Source of the DNA: Octopus bimaculoides
Taxonomy: Eukaryota
Assembly (NCBI RefSeq): GCF_001194135.2
Contig: NC_068982.1
Coordinates: 175,483,934 to 175,547,933 of the forward strand
Direction of reading: 5' to 3'
DNA: 64,000 nucleotides
The translations under genes were made by a program, and so were the position numbers. Below, piece after piece: positions 53,684 through 64,000 of this stretch (its first letter is position 1; every line of letters begins with the position of its first letter). The notes under the pieces are model-generated. The model searched no databases. It was not told the DNA's origin and saw nothing but the letters and a program-made list of their open reading frames with translations.

Positions 53684-54827
53684 TACTATAGCCTTGGTGT
53701 ATATGCAAGAAATGATATTGGAAAGTTAGCTAGAGGGAAAATAAGGAGAAATTTTCAATGGCAATGATAATTAGAAAAATGAGAATGAGAGAGAGAGAGA
53801 GAGTGTGAGTGTGTGTGCGCGTGTGATTAAAATACAGTATGAGAGTAAGTTTTCATAACTAAATTTTAATAATACAAAACAGATATTTAAAAGTGATGAA
53901 AACACACACATACACACAAAAATAGGGAATAAATGCCATGGTCACTAAAGACAGATTACATTAATTATGATAAATAGGCTGATGAGGAGAAGTTTATAAT
54001 GATTATTTCTTCATGATGAATATCATTGCAGCAATGCTTTTGCTAGTAGTGTTGATAATGAATGATGGTGAAAGAGTAGTGATGTTAGTTTATGCTGATG
54101 ATGATGAAACTGGTACTGATGGTGGTGGTGATCATGTTACTAATAATGGTGATGATGATGATAGTGATTGCAATGGTGATGAAAATACTGCTATTCATAA
54201 TAACAACAATAATGATGATGATGCTGCTCTCATTAATATCAATAATATTGATGATGATAACAACACAAATGATGATTATGAAGATAATAACATAGCAACA
54301 AGAAAGGCCTTAATAGTGGTAACGATGACAGCATAAAAACAATAATGCTGATGATTTTGATGAGAAAGAATACGATTATGACTGCGGTGAAGGAAAAAAG
54401 AAGAATAATAGTGGTCATAGAAGGTGGAAGATGTTTCTGGGCTACACTGTATGTTGAGTATTTCCGTGCATGTACATCATTTTCTTCCTGAAAATCATAT
54501 CATTGAGTCTGCTGTGTTGGTGGAGTGGTGGTAGGTGAGCAGAAATTGGATAGATAGATAGATAGATAGACAGGTAGGTCAGTAGACTGCTTAGAAAAGT
54601 TATGAGGGTAGAAAGGTGGGTAGATAGATAAGTCTGTAGTTATATAGGTGAGTATAGGAAGGTGAATAGGTAGATAGGTGAGTTGTTATTTGGATGTGAG
54701 GGGTAGATAGGTAGGTTGCTGGGTAGGCAGGTATGTAGACATATAGGCTGGCCAACATTTGGTATTGCAACAGAAGTGCATTGCTAACATTAAAGCACTC
54801 TTAGAGATAAACAGACACAGAAATGTG

Positions 54828-54869
<42 letters not shown>

Positions 54870-55494
54870 CGTGTGTGTGTAGATATCAGAAACAGCAGTA
54901 GTAATGTTCAAAAAAATTTGGGTGCCACATATTAACCCCACTCACTCACTCACTCACTTGCACCTACTCCCACCCCCAAACTTGTTGCTGAAAACCAAAT
55001 GCTAATTGCATGTACATGCAGTCAGGGTTACCATCTAACTGCATATTTGACTAATTTTAGTGTGTAGTGTTTGTCTAACTTTCCCACACATCCATCTTAA
55101 CATTCCCAAATAAATGTACACACACACACACACACACACACATAAATTTATGCATGTAACTCAACTACTTCATTCCATCAATGCTTTCTCTTTCTTTTCC
55201 CACCCCCTCTCTCTCTCCCTTTGTCTCACCACCCTCAACTCACAACAACCCATGTTTCGTCTATCACATTGATGCATATGACACGGCTGTTGCTTTCGCC
55301 TGAAAAACTTTCTCATTGTACTCACCAACCACCCCAATACTACAAACATACTGCTCAACCCCTCCAGCACCACCCCCATGATGATACCCCGACACCATAC
55401 AGTACTGCAGATTTGCAATACATGCTGTAGAACAGCTAGCCTTGACCTGAATAAATATTGGCTTCTGAAATTTTTTTTTATAGTTTGTCATATG

Positions 55495-55558
<64 letters not shown>

Positions 55559-56139
55559 TTGTATGTATACATGCATAAAAAACACTAATATTGTGGAAAT
55601 ATATACATGCTGGCTCATATACACATTTGCAGCCACAATTCATTAATAAGAAATCTGAAAAATGTAATGTGATAAAACGAAGCAAAGTTTTAACCACAAA
55701 CATCCTGCAACAAATTTACTGGTTGTTTATTCAAAATGTGAAATTTATTAATAGCACAAATGTTACTTAGCACAGCAGGGGAAGAGTAACTGTATATAAT
55801 TGATGCACTTTTATCAAAAAAGCTTTAACATATATTTCAAACTGTCTGAATAAATACTGTGTACTGCATTATTAACCAACAATGTTAATAGTGCATTATT
55901 AATAAACCGTTCTAATAATGCAATATTATACAGATTAGACCACTTTAGCTATGTCTAAGTTTGTATACACTATAAATAGCTAAAAGCTACTAATCACTCT
56001 GAGGGCTGAAGATGAGTATTGACAAAGGTCTAAGGAAACTAGAAGCTAGTCAGATTATGCCACTTTCTATGTCCAAAGAGAGATAAATATCTGTAGTGTA
56101 ATCACTTTATTTTTCATAGTGAGGCTAAAATTATAGGTT

Positions 56140-56460
56140 TCATCATCATCATCGTTTAACATCCGTTTTCCATGACGGTTTGACTGGGGACTGGCAACCC
56201 AGGAGGCTGCACCAGACACCAATCTGATCTGGTAATGTTTCTATAGCTGGATGCCCTTCCTAATGCCAACCATTCCAAGAGTGTGGTGGGTGCTTTTTAC
56301 GTGCCACCGGCATGGGGAGCCAGTCAGGCGGCACTAGCAACAACCCACATATGAATGGTGCCTATGGTGTGCCACCAACATGGGAGCCAGTCAGGTAGCA
56401 CTGGCATCAGCCACAACTACAATTTCCATTATTGATTTTGATTTGATTGAGATTCTGATT
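56140..56460 (-). mobile_element. Older RTE 3' UTR copy
   Basis: (CAT)n tail, agctggatgcccttcctaatgccaacc, and two tandem units. Confidence 0.75.
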
Positions 56461-56575
56461 GTGATTTTGATTTTATAAAAGAAAGAGTGCATCTTACTTC
56501 ACATTTGTTTTATCAAAAAATACTGTGGTACATTATTAAGCATGTATATATGTGTGTATATATATATAAGAAATT

Positions 56576-56962
56576 GTGAAGGCGCAATGGCTCAGTGGTT
56601 AGGGCAGCGGACTCGCGGTCATAGGCTCGTGGTTTCGATTCCCAGACCGGGCGTTGTGAGTGTTTATTGAGCGAAAACACCTAAAGCTCCATGAGGCTCC
56701 GACAGGGGATGGTGGCAAACCCTGCTGTACTCTTTCACCACAACTTTCTCTCACTCTTACTTCCTGTTTCTCTTGTGCCTGTAATTCAAAGGGTCAGCCT
56801 TGTCACACTGTGTCACGCTGAATATCCCCGAGAACTACGTTAAGGGTACACGTGTCTGTGGAGTGCTCAGCCACTTGCACGTTAATTTCACGACCAGGCT
56901 ATTCCGTTGATCGGATCAACTGGAACCCTCGACGTCGTAAGCGACGGAGTGCCAACAACAAC
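56576..56962 (+). mobile_element. tRNA(Arg)-derived SINE, full length, young, 12-bp TSD
   Basis: A box 56588-56598, B box 56631-56643, (AAC)n tail; TSD atataagaaatt at 56564-56575 and 56963-56974; CpGs mostly retained. Confidence 0.9.
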
Positions 56963-57379
56963 ATATAAGAAATTATTCTTTTTATTTTGAATTGCATTGT
57001 TAATATATTTACTTTTTTACTTGCTGAATCTGGAGGAAGGAGTGGTGACCATGTCCTTCCACCCCTTGTCACCCTTAAGAAGGTTCTAAAGTAGTGAAGG
57101 TATTAGATGAGCCAGCTCTGAAGAACAATGGCCATTAGAGTAACAGAAAAAAAGGCAGTAAAAGGAGACAGTATGCCTGTGAACTAAATTCTGGAGTCCC
57201 TTGTTGACTAAATGCCAATCACTTGAGTAGCCTTTCTCCAGATGCAGTACAGGATGTTTGTATGCATAGCAACAGCATTGTTCCAAATGTGGGAGAAGTA
57301 TTCTACTGAGGACATTACTCAAGCCTAATAGAATGCAAGCATCTACTGGCAGCTGAAATATTTTCTGGCCCTAAAGAGA

Positions 57380-58170
57380 AGAGCTAGTCTTTAGGATGTA
57401 GCGGGTATCGTTAGTGATAACACTCAGCGTTTAGAGTGATAGTGAGGATTAAAGTTGAGACATTCTGGGAGAATAATCTGTATGGATGAATACTGGTAAA
57501 CTTGCATATAGTGATCCTAAAATGAAAGAGACATGAGAGAACTACTGTAAGAGGTTACTGAACATGGAGAATGCATGGAAAAAAGAAAGCCTTCCAAATG
57601 AGAATTTACAGAGGAACAAGCCATTCTAGTTGACAGCAGTGATAAAGCAATTAAGGATATAAAGATAAGAATTACTGCCACATGATAAAACATCTAAGGG
57701 AATGAGATGGCTTAGTTAATCCAGTTGTGTAGGAAGGTATCATAACCAGTGACTCATGTAGCAGCATTATAGTCAACTGTTAGAGGAGTAAAAAAGATGC
57801 CTTAGAGAGGACTAATTATAGAGGTATTAAATTGCCGGACCAAAGCATGGATGTTACAGAATCAACTAATTAAGAAGAGGTCAGAACAGATAAGATCCAA
57901 ATCATGGATGTTACAGATCAACTAATTAGGAAGAGAGTCAGACCAGATGAGATGCATTTTTAGTTTATAGTAGGGAGAAATACTATTCTTGCAGCTGTCT
58001 AACTAGGAAGTAAGACAAGTGAAGAAGTATTTAGCCAAAAGCAAATTGTTGTACTTGGCTGTCATCAACCTGAAGAAAGCCGTTTGCAGGGTACTTATCT
58101 CCCTAAACTGGTGGTCACTGTGTAAGTTAGAAGTAGACAAATGGCTGGTGACAGCCCACTGGATTCTGTC
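57380..58170 (+). mobile_element. RTE LINE RT fragment with ~58-bp internal duplication
   Basis: ENYCKRLLNMENAWKK; IIVNC*RSKKDALERTNYRGIKLPDQ; KKYLAKSKLLYLAVINLKKA; duplication around 57839-57955. Confidence 0.85.
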
Positions 58171-58366
58171 AAACCATTCAACCAATACCAACATGGAAGG
58201 CAGACATTAAAAGATGATGATGATGATGATGATGATGATAATGATGATAACGANNNNNNNNNNNNNNNNNNNNNNNNNNNNNNNNNNNNNNNNNNNNNNN
58301 NNNNNNNNNNNNNNNNNNNNNNNNNNNNNNNNNNNNNNNNNNNNNNNNNNNNNNNNNNNNNNNNNN

Positions 58367-58418
<52 letters not shown>

Positions 58419-58936
58419 AATAGATATAATTTTGTTGTCATCATTGTATTTACATCCATTTTTGCATGATTCATATGAAATTCATTGAGGTAGGTTTTCC
58501 GCAGCTAGATGTCATTCTTGTTGCCAATGCTTAACCGTTTCCAAGCTAAGGAATATTTCTCCTTGGCCAGATACATTTTCTACAGAAGACTGGGAATGAA
58601 CATCATGATAGTATGATGGCAAGGCTTGCTTCAACCAACATATATCAAGACAAGAGAATGCAAACCCAAAGTCATATATACAAACACACACATAGACATT
58701 CGCATGTACATACACACACAAAAAGATATACACCATGGATTGTTTTTAGTTTCCGTGTTCTAAATCTACTCACAAGTCTTTGGCTGGCCTGGGGCTAAAG
58801 CAGAAGATAATTGCCCAATGGTCCACACAATGGACTCAACCTGTTTCATACATGCATATCTATACATATACACACATATTGTGTGTGTGTGTATATATAC
58901 ACTCACACAGATAGAAAGATGTAAATAAATATGTGA

Positions 58937-59018
<82 letters not shown>

Positions 59019-59087
59019 CACACACAGAGAGATAAAGATATAGATATCTATCTAACACACACATTCTCTCTCTCTCTCTATGATATA

Positions 59088-59121
<34 letters not shown>

Positions 59122-59131
59122 NNNNNNNNNN

Positions 59132-59187
<56 letters not shown>

Positions 59188-60588
59188 GTATATATATGCA
59201 TACATATTGACAGAGATGAAATTGATAGAAACATACATTAGTAAGCAAGTTGATAATTAGATAGAATAGAAAGCATTGTAATAGATTTACACAGGCAGAT
59301 ATTCAGATAGATATATAAAGTGATAGAATGACACTCACTTTGAATGAGTGAAAAAGAAAGTTGTAGTGATAAAGAGAAGAAAGGGAAATAGAACCTAATA
59401 AAGCAGCATTACATTTAGAACATAAACTATCATCACGGCAGAAATCTGACCTATAGGAATTCTCTCCATTCACTCATGGTAAATTTGATTCTCTCCATCA
59501 GTCCTGCCAGCTTCTTGCTGCCTGCCAATTTCCTGAAAGACGGCCACCCAAAGGGATATTTTATAGATTTTAATACAAACATATATCTTTCTCAGACTTC
59601 TCTCAAGTTTGAAAGACATTTAGTGACCAAATGGGTCATCACTGAACCAGTTACAATTTGATTGCATTTTATAATTGACTTTTTTTTTTTTTTTCTTATC
59701 TATCATTATTGTTTCAATGCTTAATTAGGTTTGTGTTTATTTCTTTATTCATTAATACTCCTTTCTCTGCCACCATTAAATCTCTTGTTACAGATATTAG
59801 CATATGGCAAGGAAACATAAAAATATATAGACACTTATAATATTCCTGGAACACACTTGCAAAATATGTGTGTGTGTGTGTGTGTGTCCTGAAGACAAAA
59901 GTACAGACAAAGCAGAAGAGGGAGAATTGGAAACAACTAAAGCAACAGACAGGAATACAAACTTAATGCTGTAAAGGACAGGAAAAATTATTGACATTCA
60001 GAGAGTTAGTCTTTGTCAAGATAGACATAAGAAGAAAGCGAAAACAAATTAGATAGAAGAAAAAGTGTGTTTATGGAAGAGGAACATAGTGACTATACAC
60101 CCATTTCTCTCNNNNNNNNNNNNNNNNNNNNNNNNNNNNNNNNNNNNNNNNNNNNNNNNNNNNNNNNNNNNNNNNNNNNNNNNNNNNNNNNNNNNNNNNN
60201 NNNNNNNNNNNNNNNNNNNNNNNNNNNNNNNNNNNNNNNNNNNNNNNNNNNNNNNNNNNNNNNNNNNNNNNNNNNNNNNNNNNNNNNNNNNNNNNNNNNN
60301 NNNNNNNNNNNNNNNNNNNNNNNNNNNNNNNNNNNNNNNNNNNNNNNNNNNNNNNNNNNNNNNNNNNNNNNNNNNNNNNNNNNNNNNNNNNNNNNNNNNN
60401 NNNNNNNNNNNNNNNNNNNNNNNNNNNNNNNNNNNNNNNNNNNNNNNNNNNNNNNNNNNNNNNNNNNNNNNNNNNNNNNNNNNNNNNNNNNNNNNNNNNN
60501 NNNNNNNNNNNNNNNNNNNNNNNNNNNNNNNNNNNNNNNNNNNNNNNNNNNNNNNNNNNNNNNNNNNNNNNNNNNNNNNNNNNNNNNN

Positions 60589-60745
60589 GTTCAAAAAAAC
60601 AACAAAGTGAGGACGTGATACGGATAGTGTTATTGGATGCTCGGGAAAGGAAAGAGAGAGTGTATGACGTTTCGGGCGTAGCCCTTCGTCGGAAAGATGG
60701 AAAGTTCGGAGAATGGAAGAACGGAGAAAGAGGAAAATGGTACCG
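60589..60745 (-). mobile_element. Short PLE-type element of a second subfamily, running into a gap
   Basis: Shares tatt...atgctcgggaa with the 53490 family and carries a hammerhead-like motif. Confidence 0.65.
60661..60698 (-). ncRNA. Minimal type I hammerhead-like motif (U4 to C, weak stem I)
   Basis: Minus ATCTTT-CCGACGA-A-GGGC-TAC-GCCC-GAAAC-GTC-ATACA. Confidence 0.55.
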
Positions 60746-61644
60746 ATATATATATATATATAAGTATCTGTATGTGTATCAGCTGCTATAATTATGAGAG
60801 CAAAACTACATATTTCATTCCTTTTGGACTCCTTGGAACCAATTCCTTTTCTTATTCATACCTTGCTTTCAATAGCAACCTGTCCTACTCTACTTTCCAC
60901 TGGGACCCCACCACTCTATTTTTCCTCTCCCTTTCCTCTGAGCGACATCATAGGACTGCCACATCTCATTCGTAACTCTCCTATCTGCTGTCATTCTCAA
61001 CATTTACATGTCTCCCATTCACATCCCCCACTCCATTTTTGTGCACTACTCACTACATTCAATCTTACATTCATCTGTGTGTCTCTCTCTCTCTCTCTCT
61101 CTCTCAAACTCTCACCCTGCACTTCATCTCCCAATTTCTTATCTATCTACAATTTTATTAAACTGTTGCTCTCCATACTTTCTGATCTGCTACTTACCAT
61201 CTCATTTGTCCTGTGTCACTCCTATTTTTGCACCTCACCTCCAAACTAATATTTACAATCAAACACACCTCCAGCCTTGTTCATTATTCACTGTATCCAC
61301 TTCTAAGCAGTTCTCACACTCTTACCCATCCACCCTTTCTGATCCCCCTATCTCTATTCTCTCATATACTCACTCTTGTACTTTGAGTGCATGTCTTGAC
61401 ATTACATCACCACTATCTTTATCTCTCTTTCCAGCTATTCTCACTTGTGTATAATGTTGGGAAGCTGTATATCTCCACTAAAGCAGGCACCTGTTTCTGC
61501 CTCTATATCATGCTTTAAGCTTCTCAACACATGGCATAAAGCTACCTCCCTGTCTACTATACACCCATTTGCTTGAGAGGGCTTTTTGTTTGTTTTTTCT
61601 TTAAACTGTAAGTTACTTAGTGATGTTACAAACTCCAGTGTCTT

Positions 61645-61830
61645 GGAAAAAAAAAGCATCCAGTACACTCTGGAAAATGGTTGGTGTTAGGAAGGGCATC
61701 CAACTGTAGAAACAATGCCAAAAAGGACACTGAAGTTCATTGCAGTCCTTCAGCTTAATAGATCTTGTCCAACCCATGCTAGCATGGAAGATGAATGTTA
61801 AAAGATGATGATGATGATGATGATGATAAT
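61645..61830 (+). mobile_element. Older RTE-type 3' UTR with (GAT)n tail
   Basis: ttaggaagggcatccaactgtagaaac...ccaacccatgctagcatggaa; a further minus copy lies at 63775-63960. Confidence 0.75.
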
Positions 61831-62659
61831 GAAAATGATATATATACCTACATACACACAAACACACATGCATACATATAGATGTTTCAGTGTGTGTGTG
61901 TGTGTGTGGAGAGTGTGTGTGTGTGTGTGTGTGTTAAGAGTGTGTGTGTGTGTTAAGATGCTGTTTGTATAAGTGGTATTGCTTAAACCATGTTGTCTCC
62001 TAGTCTCTCTGTCTTACTACTTAGCTATGACAAAGACACAGAGACACAAAAGCATGCGCACACACACACACACACACACATTAACAATTTGATTCATTTC
62101 ACATTAATTTCTTAGACACAGATGACTACGTAACTTCTCAGATGTCAAGGATTAGAAGAGAAATAAAATTGATTTATAAAGATAAATATTAGGTGGGGCC
62201 TCTGCTGCTCCGATTCAAGTCATACGAAGAAATTTGCAGTAGAGCAAAAAACAGCTAATTTTGTTTGTTGTTGTTCCACATGGTGGAAGAGACTTTATAG
62301 CAGCACCAGCTGGTGTATGACCTGTGAAAATTGAGCCTATGTATGTGCTCCTGTTTTAGGTCATATCTGGAAAGCACGGAGGGAGAATTCAATATAAACA
62401 ATTACAAACACTATGAAGGCTACAATTCATCTAATGCAAAGTATATTACAATATGTAAATATCTGTATTCAAAAATATACATAATTTCCTATGTTCTAAC
62501 TATTCTCAACACCATTTTAAAATATATCCAAATTTGATAAGCATATTTACTGTCACTATAAATGGAACAGGTACACTTGTGTATATGTATTGATATAGTC
62601 TTTCATTTAGTTAATGGCTTTAGTTATCGGAGGGTAGCTGTGTTAGGGCATCATTTTAA

Positions 62660-62880
62660 CCCATTAGCATTTCAACTGGCCATATCCAACCAAAATATTC
62701 CACCTGTTTTTAATTTCAAACTGACCAGATCTTAGCTCTCACATCTACCCTACATTATCATTTTAAAAATAAACAATCACATTATCATTTCATTGAAACT
62801 ACAACATAATGCATGATTAATTCAAGATGATATGACTATATAAGCATTACTTTTGGCAGAGTAATCTGAATGCTAAAGGG
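62660..62880 (+). mobile_element. piggyBac-like MITE with TTAA TSD
   Basis: TTAA-cccattagcatt...aatgctaaaggg-TTAA. Confidence 0.8.
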
Positions 62881-62896
62881 TTAAAGGATAGATGGA

Positions 62897-62932
<36 letters not shown>

Positions 62933-63189
62933 TGTATGTGTGTATGTGTATATATGTCTACACACACACCACCACCACCACCATCACCATCATCACTGTT
63001 CCTTATGTCTCTTTTTCTTTGCGGGCCTGAATTGGATAGAACTTTTTGAGGCAGCGTTTTATGGCTGCATCCCCTTCCCGGTTCCCATGTGTCTTCAAAA
63101 GTGTGTGTGTGTGTGAGNNNNNNNNNNTGTGTGTTTGTGTGTGCCCATGTGTCTTCAAAAGTGTGTGTGTGTGTGTGAGTGTGTGTGTG

Positions 63190-63480
63190 TGTGTAAGGGT
63201 GAGTGTGTATGTGCAGGTGAGTGTGTATGTGAGGGTGAGTGTGTATGTGAGGGTGAGTGTGTATGTGAGGGTGAGTGTGTATGTGAGGGTGAGTGTGTAT
63301 GTGAGGGTGTGTGCTTGTGTTGTGTGTGTGAGTGTGGATCTGTGTGTGTGTGAGTGTGGATCTGTGTGTGTATGAGGGTGAGTGTGTGTGATGGTGTGTG
63401 CTTGTGTTGTGTGTGTGTAAGGGTGAGTGTATGTGAGGGTGAGTGTGTATGTGAGGGTGAGTGTGCTTGTGTTGTGTGTA
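63190..63480. repeat. 18-bp minisatellite (gagggtgagtgtgtatgt)n in a (GT)n background
   Basis: Several near-perfect tandem units at 63215-63305, with degenerate units beyond. Confidence 0.85.
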
Positions 63481-64000
63481 TGTATCTGTGAAGGTGGGTA
63501 TGTGAGGGCGTGTATGTGTGTGTGTTTGAAGGTATGCATATGTGTGTGAGGGTATACGTGTGTGTGTGTGTGTGTGGTACAAACTACTGAAAAAAAGTAG
63601 GATAATATGAGTTTAAGAAAGCTGTAGAAATGTACAAAGAAGTAACATGAGAGAAAAAAAATAACATTTACTGACCTTTGGTGTACAAACTCTTTTATTC
63701 ATGTGTTTGAAAATTCCTCCAAATCCTGCAATGAACAAATATAGGATTAAGTTTGTATACACACACACATACATCACCACTACCACCACCACCACCATTT
63801 AAAGTCCTTTTCCCATTCTGGTAGGAGCTGGTGAGTTCGACATGAACTGACAAGCCAGAGAGCTGTGTTCACCTCCAGTGTCTGCTTTAGCATGATTTCT
63901 ACTGCTGGATGTCCTTCCTAATGCCAACCATACTTCACTGAGTGTACCGAGTGCTTTTACTGACACTGGAGATCAGCATAGATTTGTGGTTCACTGAATC

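Larger units (their letters stand above)
53420..53700 (+). mobile_element. tRNA-SINE 5' part split by the 53490-53683 insertion
   Basis: acatggttccaggttcagtcccactgc...caagtgtcttctactata | gcc resumes after the insert. Confidence 0.8.

Noticed and set aside
56576-56655. tRNA-Arg gene
   Set aside because: No proper acceptor stem or terminator; continues into a SINE body with tail and TSD.
62368-62450. Possible small exon after ctcctgttttag
   Set aside because: Weak donor, unrecognised peptide, no neighbouring exons.
62881-63582. Long His/Thr-rich ORFs, and other CV, YI, HT, TTT or DDN-rich ORFs in the track
   Set aside because: Translations of microsatellites and minisatellites; some run through N gaps.

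Overview
AT-rich, repeat-dense animal genomic DNA with eight N-gaps. The SINE/LINE families look like those of octopus (inference, no database search). No protein-coding exon could be supported; most listed ORFs are microsatellite or transposon artefacts. The window holds decayed RTE LINE pieces and their (GAT)n-tailed 3' UTRs, tRNA-derived SINEs, Penelope-like (PLE) fragments, small DNA-transposon relics (mariner, pogo-like, hAT, piggyBac-like), microsatellites and one U6 snRNA retrocopy. Best leads: (1) short non-coding PLE-type elements carrying minimal type I hammerhead-like motifs, seen as three motif copies with a compensatory stem II change, one of them within a complete 194-bp unit with a 7-bp TSD, plus a fourth relative ending 4 nt short of the predicted cleavage site; (2) two related fold-back elements in (TA)n tracts; (3) a U6-SINE chimera; (4) an RTE insertion with twin-priming geometry. 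All alignments and counts were made by hand.
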